Of a DNA stretch of 64,000 nucleotides, positions 20,109 to 30,955 are shown one piece after another. The stretch lies in IMG/VR virus record IMGVR_UViG_2791354790_000006, positions 14,941-78,940 of that record; one strand, given 5' to 3'. Origin of the DNA: a virus. Taxonomy: Duplodnaviria; Caudoviricetes. How positions within the stretch are numbered: the first letter of the stretch is position 1; each line of letters opens with the position of its first letter. The notes beneath the pieces are model-generated. The model saw nothing but the letters and a program-made list of their open reading frames with translations. It did no database searches and was not told where the DNA came from. The position numbers were made by a program, and so were the translations under genes.

Positions 20109-20277
20109 GCCATCACGGGCGGGCCTGCTCGTTCGTAAGGCTGATGGCAGTCACCTTGCCGCTGATGGCGAGACACTGCCGGTCAATGCGTACTGGCTGC
20201 GCCGTGAAAAAGAAGGCGATGTGAATATCACTGAGCCACCGAAGTCCCGCACATCTAAAACCGATAAGGAGGCATGA
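20089..20277 (+). CDS. gp38-like protein (DUF2635)
   Basis: YWLRR..EGDV motif. Confidence 0.75.
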   Translation: MTKKMIKPSRAGLLVRKADGSHLAADGETLPVNAYWLRREKEGDVNITEPPKSRTSKTDKEA

Positions 20278-21755
20278 TGTCCATCGGTAATATTCCTGAT
20301 GATATTCGTGTCCCGCTGGTCTGGATCGATATCGATAACTCTATGGCGATGAGTGCCGCGCCGGCACAGTCCCGAAAAATTCTGGTTGTGGGTCAGCAGC
20401 TCGCCAGCGCGACTGCTTTACCGTTGACGCTGAATCGTATTACTGGCGACAGCATGGCCGATGAACTCTATGGCCGTGGCTCGATGCTGGGTGAAATGGC
20501 AAAGATGGTCCGTAAGGCCAACAGCTACACCGAGATGTATGCGATGGGACTGGAGGATATTGCCCAGGGCGCCGCAGCGAGTGCCACAGTCACGATGCTC
20601 GGCACCGCCACTCAGGCCGGTACACTGGCACTGATGATCAATGGCGTGTCTGTCCAGGTCGGGGTCAGCATCGGTGATGAAGCGGAAACCATTGCCGGCA
20701 ATATCATCACTGCGATTACCGCAAAGCCTGCCACTCAGGTCACCGCCACAGCAAAAGCTGAGGCTGCTGCAACGGTAGTGCTGACCGTGAAGTGGAAAGG
20801 TGTCACGGGAAATGACAGCGATGTGCGCCTGAACTATTACGCCGGAGAAAAAACACCTGCCGGCATCAGTGCAACACTGACTGCATTTTCGGGTGGCACG
20901 GGGACGCCGGATATTCAGGCGGTTGTCGCTGCGCTGGGAGATGACTGGTACACGGATATCATCTTCCCGTACCTCGATACCCAGAGCCTGAACACTATCC
21001 GTGACGAACTGCTGGAGCGCTGGGGACCGCTCAAAATGATGGAGGCTTTGCTGTGGTCTGCTTATCGCGGAACACATGCCCAGAGCGGTACATTCGGACA
21101 TACCCGCAATGACTGGCTGATTTCCTGTATTGGCACCAACATCGCACCTGAACCGTCATGGTTATGGGCCGCCAGCTACGGCGCAACGGCGGCATACCAG
21201 TTGGCCCTTGACCCGGCCCGTCCTCTCCAGACTCTGATCCTGAGCGGCATTAAGCCGCCCGCTCGCGGTATCCGCTGGGATATGCCGGAGCGTAACCTGC
21301 TGCTGCATGACGGTATCGCCACGCACTTTGTCGATGCCGGAGATAACGTCTGTATTGAGCGCGAAATCACCATGTACCGCGTTAACCGCTATGGCGATAC
21401 TGACATTTCATACCTCGATGTGCAGTCGCCGGCAACGCTTGGCCGTATCCGCTATGTCATCAAAAACCGTTTCACCAGTCGCTACCCACGCCACAAGCTG
21501 GCAGGTGATGACGTGCTTGATTTGCTCGATGCCGGTCAGCCAGTCATGACGCCAAAAATCTGTCGGGCTGAGTTACTGGATATTGCGCTGACGGAGCTTA
21601 TCCCGGCAGGTCTGGTGGAGGATTTCGAGGATTATAAAGACACGCTTGATGTCACCATCGACAGCAAAGACCCAAACCGTCTGAACTTTATCTGCCACCC
21701 GAATCTGGTGAATCAGTTGCGCGTTCTGGCCGGTCTCATCCAGTTCAAACTTTAA
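20274..21755 (+). CDS. Tail sheath protein L
   Basis: IRVPL, DPARPLQTL, RYPRHKLA. Confidence 0.93.
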   Translation: MMSIGNIPDDIRVPLVWIDIDNSMAMSAAPAQSRKILVVGQQLASATALPLTLNRITGDSMADELYGRGSMLGEMAKMVRKANSYTEMYAMGLEDIAQGAAASATVTMLGTATQAGTLALMINGVSVQVGVSIGDEAETIAGNIITAITAKPATQVTATAKAEAAATVVLTVKWKGVTGNDSDVRLNYYAGEKTPAGISATLTAFSGGTGTPDIQAVVAALGDDWYTDIIFPYLDTQSLNTIRDELLERWGPLKMMEALLWSAYRGTHAQSGTFGHTRNDWLISCIGTNIAPEPSWLWAASYGATAAYQLALDPARPLQTLILSGIKPPARGIRWDMPERNLLLHDGIATHFVDAGDNVCIEREITMYRVNRYGDTDISYLDVQSPATLGRIRYVIKNRFTSRYPRHKLAGDDVLDLLDAGQPVMTPKICRAELLDIALTELIPAGLVEDFEDYKDTLDVTIDSKDPNRLNFICHPNLVNQLRVLAGLIQFKL

Positions 21756-21764
21756 GGAGCCAGC

Positions 21765-22121
21765 ATGGCAAATATTCTGGGTATGGCGGCGATTCGTATT
21801 AATGGCCGTGAAATCAAAACTGAAGGCAAATCCACCCTGAATCCGGGAGGCTATGCCCGCCAGCAACACATGGGCGGCGGTAAAGTCTGGGGTAATTCCC
21901 GCAAGATGGCGGCCCCCTCCATCAAGCTGACCATTGCTGCGGATCGCGATGTCGATGTGATTGAAATCAGTAACTGGGAGGACGTGACCATCATGTTCTA
22001 CGGTGACAACGGTCTCAATTACATGATGACCGGCGCGGCCACCGATAACCCGGCAGAACTGGACGAAGACGCGGGGACGGTCTCGGCTAACTTCATCGGC
22101 GTCAAGTGTGTGAAGGTGTAA
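21765..22121 (+). CDS. Tail tube protein M
   Basis: 118 aa, directly after sheath. Confidence 0.85.
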   Translation: MANILGMAAIRINGREIKTEGKSTLNPGGYARQQHMGGGKVWGNSRKMAAPSIKLTIAADRDVDVIEISNWEDVTIMFYGDNGLNYMMTGAATDNPAELDEDAGTVSANFIGVKCVKV

Positions 22122-22124
22122 GAC

Positions 22125-22520
22125 ATGGCTGAAATGACATTCACTCTGGTACACGGTCTGCGTACCGGCAAAGGCACTACCGACGAAATGCTTCACAAGG
22201 ATGTGACGCTTCGCGAGCTGACATCACGGGATGTTATCGAATCACAACTGGCCTCCGAGCGCGTCGTGATTGGGGATAACGGCAAGGCGGTTGCCTACTG
22301 CTCTGAGGTCATGATGGGGCTGGAGATGATGCGCCGGCAGATTAAAAAGATTGGTGAAATCCCCGGCCCGCTGGACATGAATCAAATTTATGCTCTGCAT
22401 CCGGAAGATTTGAAGTTGCTGACAGAAAAGGGTCAGGCGATGGATGACATGCTGGGGGAGACTGCTGAACGGGGGCGACATGATGCCGATGGCAGCGGCG
22501 CTCAATCTACTGCTGATTAA
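22125..22520 (+). CDS. Tail assembly chaperone gp41, with -2 frameshift extension to 22629
   Basis: GGGGGCGA at 22471-22478; downstream frame open to 22629. Confidence 0.8.
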   Translation: MAEMTFTLVHGLRTGKGTTDEMLHKDVTLRELTSRDVIESQLASERVVIGDNGKAVAYCSEVMMGLEMMRRQIKKIGEIPGPLDMNQIYALHPEDLKLLTEKGQAMDDMLGETAERGRHDADGSGAQSTAD

Positions 22521-22606
22521 CCTCTCTCAGCGTTTCGATGTTAACCGGCTTGAGCAACTGCCCCTGCGGCAGTTGCTTATTCAGGTCAGGCAACTGAGGA
22601 AGCAAT

Positions 22607-24529
22607 ATGACAAACCGCCTAAGCACTGAAATTCTGATTAACCTTGCCGGGAACCTGACGGCCAAAGCCCGCCAGTACGGCGCTAACATGAGCGAGTTTG
22701 CCAGCCGTAACCAGAAAGCAATGTCTGTTGTGAAGGCGGCGTCTGAATCTGCCGGACGTGGTCTGGATATGCTCAGTAATCGCTATACAACGATGATTGC
22801 CGGCCTTGCCAGCGGCGCAGCGCTGAGGGATTTTGCTAAAACAGACCGACAATTAACCGGGCTGGGTATTGCCGCCGGTAAAACTCGCGATGAGATGCGC
22901 AATATCTTTGATGGTATTCAGGATACCGCTATCAAATTCCGGGTCGATGACTCGGAGGTGCTGGCGGCGCTGGAGAATGTCAACAAAACGACCGGTGATC
23001 TGGATTTTGGTATTCAGAATAAGGGCATGATAGCCGCTTCTATTGCTGCATCAGGCTCTCAGGGGGATTCGATTGGCGGGCTGTTTTCTCAGTTCCCCAA
23101 ATTTGGTCTTCAGACTGAAAAGCAGACGCTTGCAGCTATGGACACGTTAAACCTTCTGGGAAAAGAAGGCGCATTTGAGCTGAAAGACATTGCAGAAAAA
23201 GGCGTCAGAGCCTTCTCTATGTACTCCGCTGCTGGAGGGAGTGGCGTTAAAGGAGTCAAAGACGTAGGTGTTGTACTGGAATCTGCCATTGATGCCACAG
23301 GCAACCGTGATACAGCAGCCACGGCGACTGAAAACCTTATTCGTGATCTGCAGTTGCCAAAGGTTGTTGACACTCTCAAGAAGAAAGCAGGAATTAACGT
23401 ATATGGCAAAGATGGAAAAATGCGTTCTCTTCCAGAAATTCTGGCTGAAGTAGCGAAATCATCTGGTAGCAAAGGATCGAAAGAGCAGAATAAAAGACTC
23501 CTGGAAGCCGGTTTTAACCAGGACAGTATTTTACTTATCAGCAGTGCCACTTCTGGTAAAGGCGCGGAAAACCTCAAGCGATACCAGTCAGTTGTCGGAG
23601 ACGGTACAGGCATCATGAAAGATGCTGAATATGCGGCGAAAGATTTTACTTCGGCGCTGACCAGCCTGAATGTTACCTGGAAGAAATTTTCTAACAGCAA
23701 TCTTGCCGGACCGGTACAGGAACTGGCTGATGCCATCAATTCAGTAGATCAAAAGACGGTTCAGAACTGGCTTGAAGTCGGCAAGAAAATTGCCATTGCG
23801 ACTGCCGGAGTCATTGCAGCACGCAAAGCATTTAAAATCGGTAAAGGTGCATGGGATTTTCTCCAGCCAGAGAAAGGCGGAAAAGGTATCCCTAAAGGCG
23901 TCTCCGATGTTTTTGGTTCCGGAGTTATGCCCGTTTATGTTGTGAACATGGGCAAAGGTGGGATGGGTGGTCCTGGTGATTTAATCCCCGATGGACCTGA
24001 TGGAAAAAATCCCCGGAAACCTAATAGTCCCAGACGTCTTGGCAGCCCACAGGGAATGGTCGGCCTGACCATGCTGGCGTCAACTATTCCATATCTTTAT
24101 GAAGAACCATCACTGAGCAGTGATGACAAAGCTGGCATGGTTCAGTGGGCAAAGGATCGTGCTAAACGCAAAGCGAATGAGAAACCGGTTATTGACCCAC
24201 GCCCGTGGGCATCGATGACACCGGCAACGCCGTTTATCCCTGCGTCTGAAAATTCCCCGGCAGAGAGGTCGCGCCCTGAAACGAGTGACCATTCTTTGTT
24301 TGGTGTCATCGTTGATTTTCTGCGTGGCACCAACGCCGCAATTGAAAACAAAAACGCGTTTGATAAACCTGTTCAGCCACCTGCATTACCCACAACCCTA
24401 CAGAAAATGCAGGGCGAAATCCGCGTGATCCTTGAAGGGGGCGGTGGCCGTGTTAAAAGCGTCACTATGAACCAGCCGGGTATCAAACTTAGTGCGTCTG
24501 CTGGCGTGTCCAGCGTGGAGCAAGGCTGA
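22607..24529 (+). CDS. Tape measure protein
   Basis: 640 aa, Ala/Gly-rich, PVYVVN motif. Confidence 0.88.
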   Translation: MTNRLSTEILINLAGNLTAKARQYGANMSEFASRNQKAMSVVKAASESAGRGLDMLSNRYTTMIAGLASGAALRDFAKTDRQLTGLGIAAGKTRDEMRNIFDGIQDTAIKFRVDDSEVLAALENVNKTTGDLDFGIQNKGMIAASIAASGSQGDSIGGLFSQFPKFGLQTEKQTLAAMDTLNLLGKEGAFELKDIAEKGVRAFSMYSAAGGSGVKGVKDVGVVLESAIDATGNRDTAATATENLIRDLQLPKVVDTLKKKAGINVYGKDGKMRSLPEILAEVAKSSGSKGSKEQNKRLLEAGFNQDSILLISSATSGKGAENLKRYQSVVGDGTGIMKDAEYAAKDFTSALTSLNVTWKKFSNSNLAGPVQELADAINSVDQKTVQNWLEVGKKIAIATAGVIAARKAFKIGKGAWDFLQPEKGGKGIPKGVSDVFGSGVMPVYVVNMGKGGMGGPGDLIPDGPDGKNPRKPNSPRRLGSPQGMVGLTMLASTIPYLYEEPSLSSDDKAGMVQWAKDRAKRKANEKPVIDPRPWASMTPATPFIPASENSPAERSRPETSDHSLFGVIVDFLRGTNAAIENKNAFDKPVQPPALPTTLQKMQGEIRVILEGGGGRVKSVTMNQPGIKLSASAGVSSVEQG

Positions 24530-25860
24530 TGGTTGCTACCCGATGGGAAGACCTGCGCGATGCTTCGTTCCGGGGCGTCTCCTTCTATCTGGTCGATAAC
24601 GAAGGCACCAGTGGCCGTCGGGCAATTCCCCGCGCCTACCCCAAAAAAGAAGTGGGCTGGACCGAAGATAACGGTGCCGTTCTGACCCAACAGCAAATCA
24701 ACGGCAAGCTGATTGGAAAGAACTACCAGAGCCAACTGGAGGCACTTCTCCGCGCACTGAACACACCGGGACCCGGCGAACTTATCCATCCGTGGTTCGG
24801 CATTCAGAAGGTTCAGGTTGGCAAGGTAACACACCGTCTGAGCACTGAGGAAGGCGGCATTGCCTACATCTCTTTTGAGGTATCTGAAGCGGGCGAACGT
24901 CTGTTTCCAGCACCGGCAGAAAATACCAGTCTGACGGTACTCAGCGCTGCGGATAAGGTCAAAGCTGCGCTGGCGAATGGCGATGTCTTTGCCCTGCTTG
25001 ATGGTCTTGGCGAAATGGCCGATACGTGGATGGACGACATGGAGAATCTGGTGGTGGGTGTGTTGACGCTGCCCTCTGCGATTACTGAATGGACTGACCG
25101 TTTAGGGCGTTTTCGTGGGTTGATTGAGCTGGCTGTCGCGAAACCAGCCGGGTTTATCAATGATGTTGTGGACCTTATCAGCGGTGTCCGTGAGACCGTA
25201 ACTGAACCTCTGTGGTCAATGCGGGTTTATGATCAACTCCGCAACCGATGGCAGGGAGATCAGTTTTCCGGCTCATCTTCTTCGCCGTGGCCGTCGCCGG
25301 TTTCACCAACAAATACAAGTGACCGCGCGACAGCCGCTGCACTTCACCAGTTGCCCAAATATATGTCAGTCACACCAGGTTCAGTGACTGACGGAAAGTA
25401 TGGTTTTGCCAGCAGCCTTCCGGACGTTGTCCCTGAGCTGACCGATGCCATGCAGGACAACATCACTCATTTCCGTCAGTTGATTGTCGTTGCCAGCCTG
25501 ATTGGACAGGCAGAGACCGTTGCCAGCACTGAGTTCAGAAGCAGTGAGGAAGCCATAAGTTCGGGTGACACGCTGGCTGAGCAACTGAATGAACAGGCTG
25601 TGTACGCCGTAGAAAACGGTCAGCGGGATTTGTGGCATGCCCTGCGTGAGCTGCGCTTTGCCGTCGTCAATGACGTGCGGGTCAGGAGCGCTCAGCTACC
25701 ACAGACACGAACGGTCATCCTGACCACAACATCCCCGGTATCCCTTATTGCATGGCGTGAAACCGGTAATACCGAGAACCGTGATGCCATCGCCTCAAGG
25801 AACCGATTGAAAGACCCGGCTTTCATTCTTCCGGGTAAACCTGTCGAGGTAACAGATTGA
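24529..25860 (+). CDS. DNA circularisation protein N
   Basis: ASFRGVSF, PGPGELIHPWFG. Confidence 0.9.
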   Translation: MVATRWEDLRDASFRGVSFYLVDNEGTSGRRAIPRAYPKKEVGWTEDNGAVLTQQQINGKLIGKNYQSQLEALLRALNTPGPGELIHPWFGIQKVQVGKVTHRLSTEEGGIAYISFEVSEAGERLFPAPAENTSLTVLSAADKVKAALANGDVFALLDGLGEMADTWMDDMENLVVGVLTLPSAITEWTDRLGRFRGLIELAVAKPAGFINDVVDLISGVRETVTEPLWSMRVYDQLRNRWQGDQFSGSSSSPWPSPVSPTNTSDRATAAALHQLPKYMSVTPGSVTDGKYGFASSLPDVVPELTDAMQDNITHFRQLIVVASLIGQAETVASTEFRSSEEAISSGDTLAEQLNEQAVYAVENGQRDLWHALRELRFAVVNDVRVRSAQLPQTRTVILTTTSPVSLIAWRETGNTENRDAIASRNRLKDPAFILPGKPVEVTD

Positions 25861-26951
25861 TGGAAATGGTTGTGCTTGAGGTTGACGGCCAGCAGTGGGA
25901 CGGATGGACAGAGATGTCCATCACTTCCTCACTGGAGGCTGTTGCCGGCGAATTTGATCTCACTGTCACCACGCAATGGTCAGAAGCTTCACCGCGCGTG
26001 ATTAAGCAGGGCATGCCCTGCATCGTCAGGCTGGGAAAAGATACGGTTCTGACGGGGTATATCGATGATTTCATTCCCAGCTATGACGCAGAAAACATGA
26101 GTATTCGCGTTATGGGGCGGGATAAAACCGGCGATCTCGTTGACAGCTCAGTGGTGCATAAATCCGGCCAGTGGAAAGGTGTTCGACTGGAGCAACTGGC
26201 AGTGGAAATCTGCAAACCCTATGGCATCAGTGTTATCAGTGAAACTGACACTGGTGAAACCTTCGGTAGCGTGGTGCTTGAACAGGGAGAGACCGCCTTC
26301 GATCTTCTTGACCGCCTGGCTAAACAACGCGGCGTTCTGCTGACTGCTGATGGTCTGGGTAATCTGATCATCACCCGTGCATCAACAAAGCGTGCCGGCG
26401 TTCCTCTGATTTTCGGGACCAATATTCTTGCAGCCCGTGGCCGGTTCAGTTGGCGTGAGCGAAACAGCCAGTACATCGTGAAAGGCACATCCAGTGCGGG
26501 TGGGAGTACGTGGGATGATCAGCCTGTCAAAGTGATTGGAGGACGTCAGACCATCGTTGATGACGGTGATATCAACCGTTACCGCCCGAAAATCCTGGTC
26601 AATGAAGACAGCCTGACCGTCGGCGGCGCAAGTACACGCGGTGAATGGTACAAAGCGCGGATGATGGGCGAAGCCAACAGCACCGAAATTACACTGGCAG
26701 GATGGCGCGAGAATGGCGATGAAGGTCCGTTATGGCAGAAAAACAGGCTCGTTGATATTGATGACCCGATACAGAACCTGAAGGACTCATGGCTGATTAA
26801 AACCGTCACGTTTACTGAAGGTGATAACGGACGTCTCTGCGTTCTGACGCTGGTTCCCCCTGAGTCGATGGATATGCCTGAAACCAGTACGAAAAAAGCA
26901 GGCAAGAAAGGCAATAAATCAAAGGCAAAAACGGTGGCAACATGGGACTGA
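25857..26951 (+). CDS. Baseplate hub P (gp44)
   Basis: GRDKTGDLVDSS, QGETAF. Confidence 0.88.
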   Translation: MMEMVVLEVDGQQWDGWTEMSITSSLEAVAGEFDLTVTTQWSEASPRVIKQGMPCIVRLGKDTVLTGYIDDFIPSYDAENMSIRVMGRDKTGDLVDSSVVHKSGQWKGVRLEQLAVEICKPYGISVISETDTGETFGSVVLEQGETAFDLLDRLAKQRGVLLTADGLGNLIITRASTKRAGVPLIFGTNILAARGRFSWRERNSQYIVKGTSSAGGSTWDDQPVKVIGGRQTIVDDGDINRYRPKILVNEDSLTVGGASTRGEWYKARMMGEANSTEITLAGWRENGDEGPLWQKNRLVDIDDPIQNLKDSWLIKTVTFTEGDNGRLCVLTLVPPESMDMPETSTKKAGKKGNKSKAKTVATWD

Positions 26952-27484
26952 ATCCGGCAAATATCGGTCGCACACTTGAAGGTATTGGACGCCGGCTACG
27001 GCTGCTCGTTGACAGGGCCGTTGTTCGTATCGTTACAGACAGTCTCGGGCGTCAGAACCTTCAAATTCAGTCTCTGGCGGATTCCACCAATGATGATGTT
27101 GAACGTTTCCAGAATTACGGCCTGACGTCTGTGCCGCCAGTCGGTTCAGAAGCACTCATTCTGGCTGTGGGGGGACGCCGGGAAGGTCTGGTGGCAATCG
27201 CTGTAGAAGACAAGCGCTGCCGTCCAAAAGGTCTGGAGGATGGAGAGGTCAGGTTATATCACGGCGATGGTCAGTCTTATATCACCCTGAAAAAAGGTGG
27301 TCTTATCGAAGTTAAAGGGAAATCGGTTAATTACGATGCCAGCGAATTGTTTGCGATAAATACAAAATTATTAAAAGTTAACGGCCCATCTGTATTTTCA
27401 AAGGATATTCAGGTCGCCGGTAAATCTGTTCTTGAGCATTTCCATATTGACGGGGATAGCAAAAAAACATCGGAGATGAAATGA
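26942..27484 (+). CDS. Baseplate spike Q (gp45)
   Basis: ERFQNYGLTSVP; C-terminal HxH. Confidence 0.88.
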   Translation: MGLNPANIGRTLEGIGRRLRLLVDRAVVRIVTDSLGRQNLQIQSLADSTNDDVERFQNYGLTSVPPVGSEALILAVGGRREGLVAIAVEDKRCRPKGLEDGEVRLYHGDGQSYITLKKGGLIEVKGKSVNYDASELFAINTKLLKVNGPSVFSKDIQVAGKSVLEHFHIDGDSKKTSEMK

Positions 27485-27933
27485 CAATTGGTATCAGCTG
27501 GAATAATCAGCTATCCAGAGGTGAACTGACAATTAACCATGATGGTTTATCGCGTGATGAAGGACTGGTCACTTTGGTTCTGATTTGTCTTTTCACCGAC
27601 GTCCGTGCTGATACTGATGACATTATTCCTGATAACTCATCGGACCCGAGAGGCTGGCCCGGCGACACATTTAGTGATTATCCGTGGGGATCGAAACTCT
27701 GGTTGCTGGATCGCGAGAAGCTGACGGAATCCGTCAGAATGCGGGTGGAAGATTATGCACTGCTTTCTATGCAACCGCTTTTACGTTCTGGTTATGCGCG
27801 TAATGCAGCAGTCACAGCCACTATAAGCGGCAATGACCGAATTAATTTTATTGTCATTCTAACCCGCCCGGATAAAACGACGCTCCGGATTGAAATAAGT
27901 AAACGCTGGGAGTCCACTGCTAATGCCTTATAA
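27481..27933 (+). CDS. Baseplate protein gp46
   Basis: LFTD, RGWPGD, GSKLWLL. Confidence 0.88.
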   Translation: MTIGISWNNQLSRGELTINHDGLSRDEGLVTLVLICLFTDVRADTDDIIPDNSSDPRGWPGDTFSDYPWGSKLWLLDREKLTESVRMRVEDYALLSMQPLLRSGYARNAAVTATISGNDRINFIVILTRPDKTTLRIEISKRWESTANAL

Positions 27934-28999
27934 CGTTCCCGCGCTGCGCAAGCTTATTACTGACGGCGAAAAAGATATTGCCTTTGAACTGGGGCTGCAA
28001 AAACTTCCGCCAGTAGGCGTTGAGAAAGCTCTAAATACCTCATTCAGCAATCAGATTCGTGATTTATACGACCATCAGAGCTGGATTAAAGACCAGATTA
28101 TTCCGTCTGTTAAATCTGATGATGAAACCATCATTGAGACTGCGGCCAGCGAAGGCGTCATCAGAAAACAGGCCACGTTTGCTACGGGGCCAGCGGTATT
28201 TAAAGGGAATACACCGCTTCCGGAAGATATGGAGATGCAAACCGCTACCGGTATTGTTTATGCCGTGACGACTTCCGGCGTTCCTGTAGATGGGGTCATG
28301 ACTGTAACCATTCAGGCCAGCGATGCCGGCGCGTCAGGAAACCTTCCGGAAGGTGAAAGCCTGACCTTGCTGTCCCCCGTTCCCGGCGTGGAAAGTATTG
28401 GTTTAACGGGTACGGGGGGCATCATCGGTGGTGCGGATATTGAGCCAGTTCCTGAATTGCTTGACCGGCTTTTATTCCGTAAACGCAATCCCCCCGTTGG
28501 TGGGGCTGTGCATGACTATGTCATCTGGGCGCGAGAAATGGCTGGTGTCAGTCGGGCGTGGGCATTTGATGCCTGGCATGGCCCCTGCACAATCGGACTG
28601 GCATGGGTTTATGACGATCGTTCAGTGATTACCCCCGGATATCAGGACCGGAAAAATATGGAAGATTACCTTTTCCGTCATACCGACCCGGCGACTGGCG
28701 TATGGGTTGGTAAACCTGGAGGAATAGAAGTCTGGCCCGTGGAACTGGTGCTCCGTCCCGTCAATATGATTATTGGCATAACACCGGATACGCCGGCCAC
28801 GCGTAAAGCTGTCCAGTCCCGCCTGTTGACGCTTCAGAAGACGCTGCAACCAGGACAAACGCTGCCCATTTCAGCGATTCGTACTGCTATCGGCACCGCA
28901 TCTGGCGTGACGGATTACTCGCTGAATCTGACCGCTGACATTCCATGTGCACAGAATGAACTTATCACTATCGGAGTGCTGACATGGCCCACAGTGTAG
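27923..28999 (+). CDS. Baseplate J/gp47 protein
   Basis: GGADIE, PPVGGAVHDYVIWA. Confidence 0.9.
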   Translation: MPYNVPALRKLITDGEKDIAFELGLQKLPPVGVEKALNTSFSNQIRDLYDHQSWIKDQIIPSVKSDDETIIETAASEGVIRKQATFATGPAVFKGNTPLPEDMEMQTATGIVYAVTTSGVPVDGVMTVTIQASDAGASGNLPEGESLTLLSPVPGVESIGLTGTGGIIGGADIEPVPELLDRLLFRKRNPPVGGAVHDYVIWAREMAGVSRAWAFDAWHGPCTIGLAWVYDDRSVITPGYQDRKNMEDYLFRHTDPATGVWVGKPGGIEVWPVELVLRPVNMIIGITPDTPATRKAVQSRLLTLQKTLQPGQTLPISAIRTAIGTASGVTDYSLNLTADIPCAQNELITIGVLTWPTV

Positions 29000-29574
29000 A
29001 TGAATGGCTGGGCGCTTTATGGCAGGTCATGCCACGTGGCAAAGCGTGGTCACGCGATGAGGATGGTGATTTAAACCGTTTTTTACGGGCGTTAGCCAGA
29101 CGTTTAAGTCAGACGGAATTTGATGCAGAAAACCTGCTACCAGAGATGCGGCCAGAAACAACATTTATGCTGCTGGAAGAATGGGAGGAATACCTTGAAC
29201 TGCCGGAGTGTGGGCAGCTAAGCGGTACTGTAGAAGACCGGCGTCGTGCTGTCGTGGAGAAGTATCACCGCAAAGGTGGCCTTTCCCCGTGGCAGATTGA
29301 AGCGGTGGCTGCTGCGCTTGGATTTACTATACGGGTTACTGTCATTCTCCCTCACCACTGCATGCGTAGCTGCATGCATCCCCTTTATTCAGCCCGTTAT
29401 CGCTGGACGTTAAAGATTGATGTGATTGGTATCAGCGGCGGACGTTTTACCTGTATCGATAACGTCATGACACCGCTTCTGAGCGAACGGGCAAGAGAAC
29501 TGGAGTGTGTGCTGACGAAATACCGTCTGGGCGGCACAGCATACGAATATTTTTATTCTTCAGGAGATAACTGA
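28984..29574 (+). CDS. Baseplate gp48/YmfQ (DUF2313)
   Basis: PRGKAW, LEEWEEYLELP. Confidence 0.85.
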   Translation: MAHSVDEWLGALWQVMPRGKAWSRDEDGDLNRFLRALARRLSQTEFDAENLLPEMRPETTFMLLEEWEEYLELPECGQLSGTVEDRRRAVVEKYHRKGGLSPWQIEAVAAALGFTIRVTVILPHHCMRSCMHPLYSARYRWTLKIDVIGISGGRFTCIDNVMTPLLSERARELECVLTKYRLGGTAYEYFYSSGDN

Positions 29575-30356
29575 TGTATCACGTAGATAATTCGACCGGT
29601 ATTCCGGTTATGCCACAACCGTCTCCTGTCACCAGTGAGACAGAGCTTTTCTTTACTGAAGGTGGTAATGGAGTTCCTCCGACGTACCCCGGCCCGGACT
29701 GGTTTAATACCATTCAAAGTGAGCTGCTTAATATTCTCAGGTCCGCTGGGCTTGATCCTGACAAAATGGACAACACGCAGATTCTGGCCGCTCTCAAAAA
29801 ACTGTTTCTGAGTCGCTCCAATCCATTTGGCGACATTAAAGCTGATGGTGCGGCAGCAATCGCGACGGCTCTCTCAAACCTTGGTTTAGGGGAAGGCTCC
29901 GCGTTACCGGTTGGTGTTCCTGTTCCGTGGCCGTCAGCAACGCCGCCAGCAGGGTGGCTCAAGTGCAATGGTGCGGCTTTTACCGCGGCTCAATATCCTA
30001 AGCTGGCGCAGGCTTACCCTACGTTTATCCTGCCTGATTTGCGCGGTGAGTTTATCCGTGGCTGGGATGATGGGCGCGGTGTAGATGCTGGGCGTACTTT
30101 ACTTTTTGCGCAAGGTAGCCAGAACCTTTCACATAGTCATGATGAAACCGCTGCTTATGGGGGCAACCCGGGCGGGGATGTATCAACAGATAGAAGCCGT
30201 TTTGCCAAAACATATTATACAGGTCTGAATGATCTGTATTCGAGGCCAGTTAATGGTTGGACGGGGGCCATTTCAGACCTGTCAACGGCTGCGAGCGGTG
30301 GTGGTGAGTCTCGCCCACGCAATATTGCATTTAACTACATCGTGAGGGCCGCATAA
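29574..30356 (+). CDS. Tail fibre S (constant part plus currently expressed variable part with collar domain)
   Basis: FFTEG, GWLKCNG, PDLRGEFIRGWD, RPRNIAFNYIVRAA. Confidence 0.9.
   Translation: MYHVDNSTGIPVMPQPSPVTSETELFFTEGGNGVPPTYPGPDWFNTIQSELLNILRSAGLDPDKMDNTQILAALKKLFLSRSNPFGDIKADGAAAIATALSNLGLGEGSALPVGVPVPWPSATPPAGWLKCNGAAFTAAQYPKLAQAYPTFILPDLRGEFIRGWDDGRGVDAGRTLLFAQGSQNLSHSHDETAAYGGNPGGDVSTDRSRFAKTYYTGLNDLYSRPVNGWTGAISDLSTAASGGGESRPRNIAFNYIVRAA
29869..29894 (-). repeat. Left inversion site (gix/pix-like)
   Basis: Reverse strand TTCCCCTAAACCAAGGTTTGAGAGAG fits Din consensus. Confidence 0.9.
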
Positions 30357-30955
30357 TGTCTCAGGCACAATTAAACAGCGAACTAATTGCCATCGTGGCT
30401 GGTGAAATCACCGTATTTAACTACGATGGCGAAACCAGAGAATATCTTTCCTCATCGGTTGAGTTTTTGCCCTTGGGGGTGGGGATTCCCGCCAATTCAT
30501 GCGTTGATGCGCCAGGCAAAATCAAAAAGGGTTTTGCCATTTGCAGGGCAGCAGGTGGCAAAGTCTGGGAGTATGTAGCCGATCATCGGGGCGAGACGGT
30601 ATACAGTACAAAGACAGGTGAACAAATCGTCATCACCGTGCCGGGGGCGTATCCGGAAGATACCACCACGCTGGCCCCGTCCACACCATACGATAAGTGG
30701 AACGGTAGCCAGTGGATGACGGACTCAAAAGCGCAGCACGCTGCAGATGTGGCAGAAGCGGAACAGCAGAAAACTACGTTGCTGGCGGAGGCGACGGCGA
30801 TTATCGCCCCGCTGGCAGATGCTCAGGCTGGAGGCTACATCGACGATGCTGATGTGTCACGGCTGGCAGAATGGCAGCGGTACCGATACAAGCTGACGAA
30901 AGTCGATACCAGTACCGCGCCTGGCATTACCTTTCCACCGAAGCCGGAGGTGTAG
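30356..30955 (+). CDS. Tail fibre assembly protein U
   Basis: GVGIPANS, DHRGETVY, WQRYRY. Confidence 0.9.
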   Translation: MSQAQLNSELIAIVAGEITVFNYDGETREYLSSSVEFLPLGVGIPANSCVDAPGKIKKGFAICRAAGGKVWEYVADHRGETVYSTKTGEQIVITVPGAYPEDTTTLAPSTPYDKWNGSQWMTDSKAQHAADVAEAEQQKTTLLAEATAIIAPLADAQAGGYIDDADVSRLAEWQRYRYKLTKVDTSTAPGITFPPKPEV

